Source: Methanosphaera stadtmanae DSM 3091
GTDB taxonomy: Archaea > Methanobacteriota > Methanobacteria > Methanobacteriales > Methanobacteriaceae
Reading direction: 5' to 3'
Assembly: GCF_000012545.1 (NCBI RefSeq)
Contig: NC_007681.1
Coordinates: forward strand, 1,170,001 to 1,202,000
Length of the DNA: 32,000 bases
Shown here: positions 27,990 through 32,000 of the stretch, in pieces
How positions within the stretch are numbered: position 1 is the first letter of the stretch
Layout of the letters: every line of letters starts with the position of its first letter
Notes under the pieces: model-generated
What the model was told of the DNA's origin: nothing
The model's input: the letters and a program-made list of their open reading frames with translations, nothing else
The model's database searches: none
Program-made: the position numbers and the translations under genes

Positions 27990-29037
27990 CTATATAATCC
28001 AAAACAGTCTTTAACAAACGTTTAAGACCACCATTAGAATCTGTATGTATATCCACAGTAGGTAAATTAAATTTTGATTCTATATTCTCTAATGATAAAT
28101 CAGGAGCATTTCTTCTATTAATTGATAAAGCAACTACTTTTGTAGGTTCAACAGCTTCAATAGCATTTAATTCTGTGGAAATACCAACAGGTTCTCTGAA
28201 TGGATGGTTTTCCCTGTGACATAATACTACAGCATCTGGCATTGCTCCAAACAATATAGCTGCTGAAAGTCCTTTAGGATGTGGATTACCAGTTTCTGTT
28301 AAACTTGATTGACCTTCAATGAAAATAATATCTGCATCTTCCTCTTCTTCAAAATATTTTACTGTTCCCATTATAGCTGAAGGAACATCCATTACAGATA
28401 AACTTCCAGCTCTGAAATTAATATCAGTTGGAGGTTGTAATCCCATTTCATCTGTTGAAAATATTTTTGCATTGAGACCTAACTCTTTTGCTGCTTTACC
28501 CAAGTTACGTGTTGTGGTTCTTTTTCCACATTCTTGTGATGTACCACCTATAAATATAACAGGTTTTTTATGATGATATGTTATTTTTGGTAATACTTCT
28601 GTTACTTTTTCTGGTGCAGTACCTATTACTTTTTCAACATTATCTAATCTTGAACTTATTTGTTTTATTTGAACACCTTTTTGATTAGCAAATTTTATTA
28701 GGGATGGATTTTCTTCTAAAGGTAATGATCTAAATGATGTTAATACATTTTGTCCTAGATCTATAGCTTGAACTGCATATTTTAAAGCAGCACCTTCAGC
28801 TCCTATAGGTAACATTATTGCTACTGTTTTTGAATTTGATTCTTCAACCAAGGTTTTTAAATCAGAACCTACTATATGTCCACAAAATTCTTTTCCTTGT
28901 TTTGCTTTAGAATCATCTAAAAAGCCAGCAGTTTCAACTCCATCAAAATTAGATAATTTTTCTCCACCCCCACCAGCTCCAATGATTATAAACGGACTTA
29001 AATCCTGAAAATCTTTACTAGATGTTATAGAATACAA
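27973..29037 (-). CDS. DUF1611 family protein (Rossmann-like N-domain plus P-loop-like C-domain)
   Basis: [25 protein letters not shown] (Walker-A-like), IFIEGQSSL and PDAVVLCHR match the conserved DUF1611 blocks as I remember them. The TTG start at 29037 is the only in-frame start near the 5' end. Confidence 0.7.
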   Translation of the reverse strand: MYSITSSKDFQDLSPFIIIGAGGGGEKLSNFDGVETAGFLDDSKAKQGKEFCGHIVGSDLKTLVEESNSKTVAIMLPIGAEGAALKYAVQAIDLGQNVLTSFRSLPLEENPSLIKFANQKGVQIKQISSRLDNVEKVIGTAPEKVTEVLPKITYHHKKPVIFIGGTSQECGKRTTTRNLGKAAKELGLNAKIFSTDEMGLQPPTDINFRAGSLSVMDVPSAIMGTVKYFEEEEDADIIFIEGQSSLTETGNPHPKGLSAAILFGAMPDAVVLCHRENHPFREPVGISTELNAIEAVEPTKVVALSINRRNAPDLSLENIESKFNLPTVDIHTDSNGGLKRLLKTVLDYIGEKNG

Positions 29038-29543
29038 AAAATCACTTCTCCAAAAAAATTTATTTTATAAATAATTATATAATTTTAAATCTATTATATT
29101 TAGATATATTTCAACTATAATTTATAATTATACATTTTTTTTATAAAAAAAGTAATTTATTATTAGTATTTAAAAAAATGTTTTATTAATTAGATTTATA
29201 AAAAAATTATATTCATAATATAATTTCTAGAAATATATTAAAATCAGATTTTACACTTAAAATAGAATTTAATTAAAAAATTTAAGTATTAATAAAATTT
29301 AAATTAGTAATATACAATAAAATAAGGATGAAAATTATAAAGTAGAACAAATATTACTATAAACGACTAATATCCATTTTAAAAACAAAAACATATCTTT
29401 TAAAGACTTAAACCTTTAAATTTTTATTTAGAAAAAAAACTTAAAAAAAATTTTCAGGAATATTTAAAACATAACATACATTCTTAATTATTTACAACAG
29501 TAACATATAAAACTAGGTAATATCAATTGATAAAAAGTAGTAT

Positions 29544-29552
29544 AAAAAAAAA
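29544..29552 (-). terminator. Oligo-T (T9) terminator after the SIS-domain gene
   Basis: An A9 run on the plus strand lies 21 nt downstream (minus-strand sense) of the stop at 29573-29575. Confidence 0.4.
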
Positions 29553-29572
29553 TAAAATTTATTGGATAATAT

Positions 29573-30622
29573 TTAATATCTTATTTTCCCAATATGTCTT
29601 GTACTTCCCGGATCTTCATTGTTATATATTGACAAGTGGTATATAAACCATTCTAATGGTACTATTAATGCAAATGGTGTTAATAAAGGATGAATATCAG
29701 CATAATCATTTAAATTAAATAATATTGAATTTACTTCTAAATCTTCACAGAACTTTATTGCTCTATTTGTCACATCATCAAAATTATTGCCTGCTTTTAG
29801 AAATACAACTGTAACTCCTTTTTCAACTCTTTCAATTAATCCATGTCTAAATTCGCCTGAATATACTGGACATGCATGTTTTAATGCTCCTTCCATAAAC
29901 ATTGTCATTGCTAGTTTATATGCTAATCCAAAGTTTAATCCACTACCCATACAGTAGAATAAATCCACATCCTTATTTATTCTTGCTATTTCCTTAGATT
30001 TTTCCTCTGTAGTTTCTATTGCTTCTTCAATTAAATCAGGAACTGTGTATAATTGAGTTAGTATTTCTTCTGATTCTTTAGTTTTTATCATATTGAAGAA
30101 TATAACATACAATGCAAATAATTGTGTTACATATGTTTTTGTACCTAAAATAGCCACTTCTTCTCCACATAATGTTATTATTGCATCATCAGCTTCTTTT
30201 GCCATGGAACTATCACTGACATTTGTAATAGCTACTGTTTTTAAATTATATTCTTTTGCTTTTCTTAGAGCTGAAAGTGTATCTGATGTTTCACCAGATT
30301 GTGATGTTAAAATAACACCCATATTACTATCTTTTACTAGATATTGATGATCAGTAAAATCAAAACCTGTTTGTACATCAATATTAATATCAGACAGGGA
30401 TTTTATTGCATCACGTATCGTATAACAAGTAGAAATAGAGCTTCCACAACCTATTAAAAATATTTTATCAAGATTAAGAAATTCTTTAGATATGTATTCC
30501 ATGTGTCTTTTTTCAGATTCTATTGTACGTCGTAAAGAAATTGGTTGATCTTTAATTTCTTGATACATAGCATATTTCATTGAACTTATCTCCCAGTTTA
30601 ATGTTTGAAAACATGATTCCAT
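29573..30622 (-). CDS. Double-SIS-domain sugar-phosphate isomerase/deaminase (GlmS isomerase half without the glutaminase domain; GlmD/AgaS/FrlB-like)
   Basis: MYQEIKDQP (as in GlmS MxKEIxEQP), GCGSS, TSQSGETSDTL and AITNV....A. in the first SIS domain, followed by a second SIS domain. The likely true start is the ATG at 30580 (MKYAMYQEI). Confidence 0.75.
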   Translation of the reverse strand: MESCFQTLNWEISSMKYAMYQEIKDQPISLRRTIESEKRHMEYISKEFLNLDKIFLIGCGSSISTCYTIRDAIKSLSDINIDVQTGFDFTDHQYLVKDSNMGVILTSQSGETSDTLSALRKAKEYNLKTVAITNVSDSSMAKEADDAIITLCGEEVAILGTKTYVTQLFALYVIFFNMIKTKESEEILTQLYTVPDLIEEAIETTEEKSKEIARINKDVDLFYCMGSGLNFGLAYKLAMTMFMEGALKHACPVYSGEFRHGLIERVEKGVTVVFLKAGNNFDDVTNRAIKFCEDLEVNSILFNLNDYADIHPLLTPFALIVPLEWFIYHLSIYNNEDPGSTRHIGKIRY

Positions 30623-30762
30623 TTAATTAATTTATTTTTTTTGAATATGATGTTTATTAAAAAAAATGTATAATTATATTTAGTTATATCTCTTTAATTA
30701 TATAATAATTATCTTAAATATAGAATATGTTATGAATTCAGTTTTAATTATTAGTGAAAAGA

Positions 30763-31125
30763 TTAGTTTGTATATATATCATATACTTGTAATACATATA
30801 ATAAAAAATATGTTATTAGTAATAATAAAGCAACAAAACTTGCATCTATATAACAAATCATATTGTAACATAAACTTATAAGTGCATATAAAATGAAAAA
30901 TATTGGAATTAATAAGAAAAACAATATACCTTTATGCCATTGCTTTAGATAGAAATAACTAAATCCTGGAAAAAATAACGATAAAATCATTGCTAACTTC
31001 ATATTTTTAGATGTTTTATTATGATTTTGTGATAATATAGAACCACAGAACCTGCAAATATCATTTTCATCAGGATTTTCATAACCACATAGTTGACATT
31101 TCATAACATCACTCTCTTTTATCAA
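30763..31125 (-). CDS. Zinc-ribbon membrane protein (paralog 2)
   Basis: CQLCGY...CRFCGS zinc ribbon, then ILSLFFPGFSYFYLKQWHKG and TM segments. The start may be the ATG at 31104 (MKCQLCGY) rather than 31125. Confidence 0.65.
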   Translation of the reverse strand: MIKESDVMKCQLCGYENPDENDICRFCGSILSQNHNKTSKNMKLAMILSLFFPGFSYFYLKQWHKGILFFLLIPIFFILYALISLCYNMICYIDASFVALLLLITYFLLYVLQVYDIYTN

Positions 31126-31612
31126 ATTCAGTAGCAGTAACCAAGATATTTATAAGATATAATATTATACATGTTGTAAACATGATTAATACTATTGTTT
31201 GCTGTTTTAATAATGCATATAATAAAAATGCAAATATGAATAAAAATATTTCTCCAAAGAAGAATAAACATCCTTTTTTAATATCTTTTATATAAAAACA
31301 ACCCATTCCACATATAAATGAAGAGAATAATATTGCAATAACTTTTCTTTCATTATAATCTTTATTTTGATTAATTGAATTTGAGTTTATATTTTTAAAA
31401 TAATTGTTGTTACTTGTATTATATTTTTCTTCTAAAAATTTATGATATAACTGTTTTAGGGTATTATTAGACAAATTATCTTCTTGAGTAATGCTATGAT
31501 TAAATTTAAAATTATCTACATTAGAAAATTCTAATCTTTTAGAACAATGAATACAATATGTATATTCATCAGGATTTTCAAAATTACAATAAATACATTT
31601 AACCACAAACAT
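31109..31612 (-). CDS. Zinc-ribbon membrane protein (paralog 3, with an Asn-rich linker)
   Basis: CIYCNF...CIHCSK zinc ribbon and an N-rich low-complexity linker, followed by ILFSSFICGMGCFYIKDIKKG and TM segments. Confidence 0.65.
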   Translation of the reverse strand: MFVVKCIYCNFENPDEYTYCIHCSKRLEFSNVDNFKFNHSITQEDNLSNNTLKQLYHKFLEEKYNTSNNNYFKNINSNSINQNKDYNERKVIAILFSSFICGMGCFYIKDIKKGCLFFFGEIFLFIFAFLLYALLKQQTIVLIMFTTCIILYLINILVTATEFDKRE

Positions 31613-31709
31613 AGCCTCACTTATTTTTAAATAAATAATATATAATTATTATTTTATATATTTTTATAAGAATATAAATAAAATCAGTGAAAATTAGGAA
31701 GTTAGTGTT

Positions 31710-32000
31710 ATGATAATAGATAATTTAACTATTGGAAAATATATATCAAGACCAAATCGTTTTACAATCGAATTTAAAGATAAAGATAAAGCAATTACAC
31801 TGGCCCATTTACATGATCCTGGACGTTTAAAAGAACTATTAATTCCAAATACTGATGTTTTATTGAAATATATTAATACATATAAAGAAACTGGACGTAA
31901 AACTAAGTATGATGTTATAGCCATTAAAAATAAAAATAATTGGATCTTACTAAATAGTAGTTATCATAATAAATTAGTGGAAGAATTAATTAATACTAAA
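31710..32000 (+). CDS. sfsA: Sugar fermentation stimulation protein A homolog (SfsA nuclease family); 3'-truncated by the window edge
   Basis: This ORF is absent from the supplied track because it has no stop in the window. The ATG at 31710 opens a frame of 97 codons running to base 32000. The translation MIIDNLTIGKYISRPNRFTIEF...LAHLHDPGRLKELLIPNTDVLL...GRKTKYDVIAI...WILLNS matches the SfsA N-terminal pattern (R.NRF, H..(N/D).GR). AGGAAG lies upstream. Confidence 0.75.
   Translation, partial: MIIDNLTIGKYISRPNRFTIEFKDKDKAITLAHLHDPGRLKELLIPNTDVLLKYINTYKETGRKTKYDVIAIKNKNNWILLNSSYHNKLVEELINTK

Noticed and set aside
7621-29572. Search of all intergenic regions for tRNA, rRNA or other structured RNA genes
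   Set aside because: In this roughly 15% GC intergenic DNA, stable RNAs would appear as GC-rich islands, and none is visible. I could not fold any cloverleaf-like segment by eye. A tRNAscan/Infernal run would be the definitive check.
99-30347. Remaining short ORFs in the supplied track: 99-482, 3786-4004, 4117-4374, 6212-6544, 8662-8868, 9976-10233, 11668-11907, 16410-16625, 16829-17035, 17739-17963, 18561-18761, 20954-21154, 21034-21234, 23397-23591, 23847-24206, 25397-25642, 25555-25761, 25920-26114, 26157-26369, 28319-28573, 30093-30347
   Set aside because: Each is nested inside, antisense to, or out of frame with a longer ORF that has clear family motifs. Their translations are low-complexity.
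4498-31125. Apparent recurring 17-nt gene overlaps (4498-4514, 6088-6104, 27973-27989, 31109-31125)
   Set aside because: Three of the four depend on taking the longest ORF, and alternative in-frame ATGs give 8-nt overlaps or none. Only the mmp3/mmp6 overlap is forced. This is ordinary translational coupling, not a special signal.
27024-31612. Segment bracketed by inverted zinc-ribbon paralogs considered as a possible mobile element or island
   Set aside because: It has no integrase, transposase, terminal inverted repeats, tRNA target or composition shift. The cargo genes (sepF-like, DUF1611, SIS) look like core functions.
31694-31924. 76-aa minus-strand ORF near the window end
   Set aside because: The opposite strand encodes a clear SfsA N-terminus (ATG at 31710, open to 32000), so the minus ORF is its shadow.

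Overview
This is an AT-rich archaeal chromosome segment, roughly 27-30% GC by eye, with intergenic DNA far lower. The gene content points to a pseudomurein-walled methanogen of the Methanobacteriales, Methanosphaera- or Methanobrevibacter-like. That placement is inferred from protein families and composition only.

The window is mostly core housekeeping genes in tight operons:
- A partial Trm5/Taw2-type tRNA methyltransferase and an MtnA-like isomerase.
- A seven-gene minus-strand operon of methanogenesis marker proteins (Mmp3, Mmp6, a divergent Mmp5 paralog, Mmp5, Mmp15, Mmp17) that ends in a stand-alone NifB-type radical SAM gene.
- Mmp2, an unknown 376-aa protein and Nob1.
- Two PRC-barrel proteins flanking pyrE.
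- A probable accessory patch: a small orphan ORF, a 765-bp non-coding spacer, and a 640-aa secreted Ig-repeat protein with a C-terminal transglutaminase-like Cys-His-Asp domain.
- An aryl-acid assimilation module (paaK, an ACT-domain gene, and convergent iorAB).
- An orphan tfrB, a YbjQ-family gene and a DUF308-like membrane protein.
- A trmJ-like/dcd/glyS/tatD-like operon.
- A DUF1611 gene overlapping a SepF-like gene.
- A GlmS-isomerase-only SIS protein, three paralogous zinc-ribbon membrane proteins and the 5' end of sfsA.

I found no rRNA, tRNA, CRISPR array, transposase, integrase or recognisable defence system.

The best candidates for new biology are:
- The operonic link between the MCR-activation Mmp genes and the NifB-like gene.
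- The tandem Mmp5 paralog.
- The DUF1611/SepF-like overlapping pair, together with PRC-barrel (CdpB-like) genes in the same window.
- The surface protein, which has a Pei/transglutaminase-like domain, near-identical 291-bp repeats, a 25-bp perfect palindrome upstream, and a perfect Shine-Dalgarno that lacks a canonical start codon.

All family assignments come from motif recognition by eye. No searches were run.
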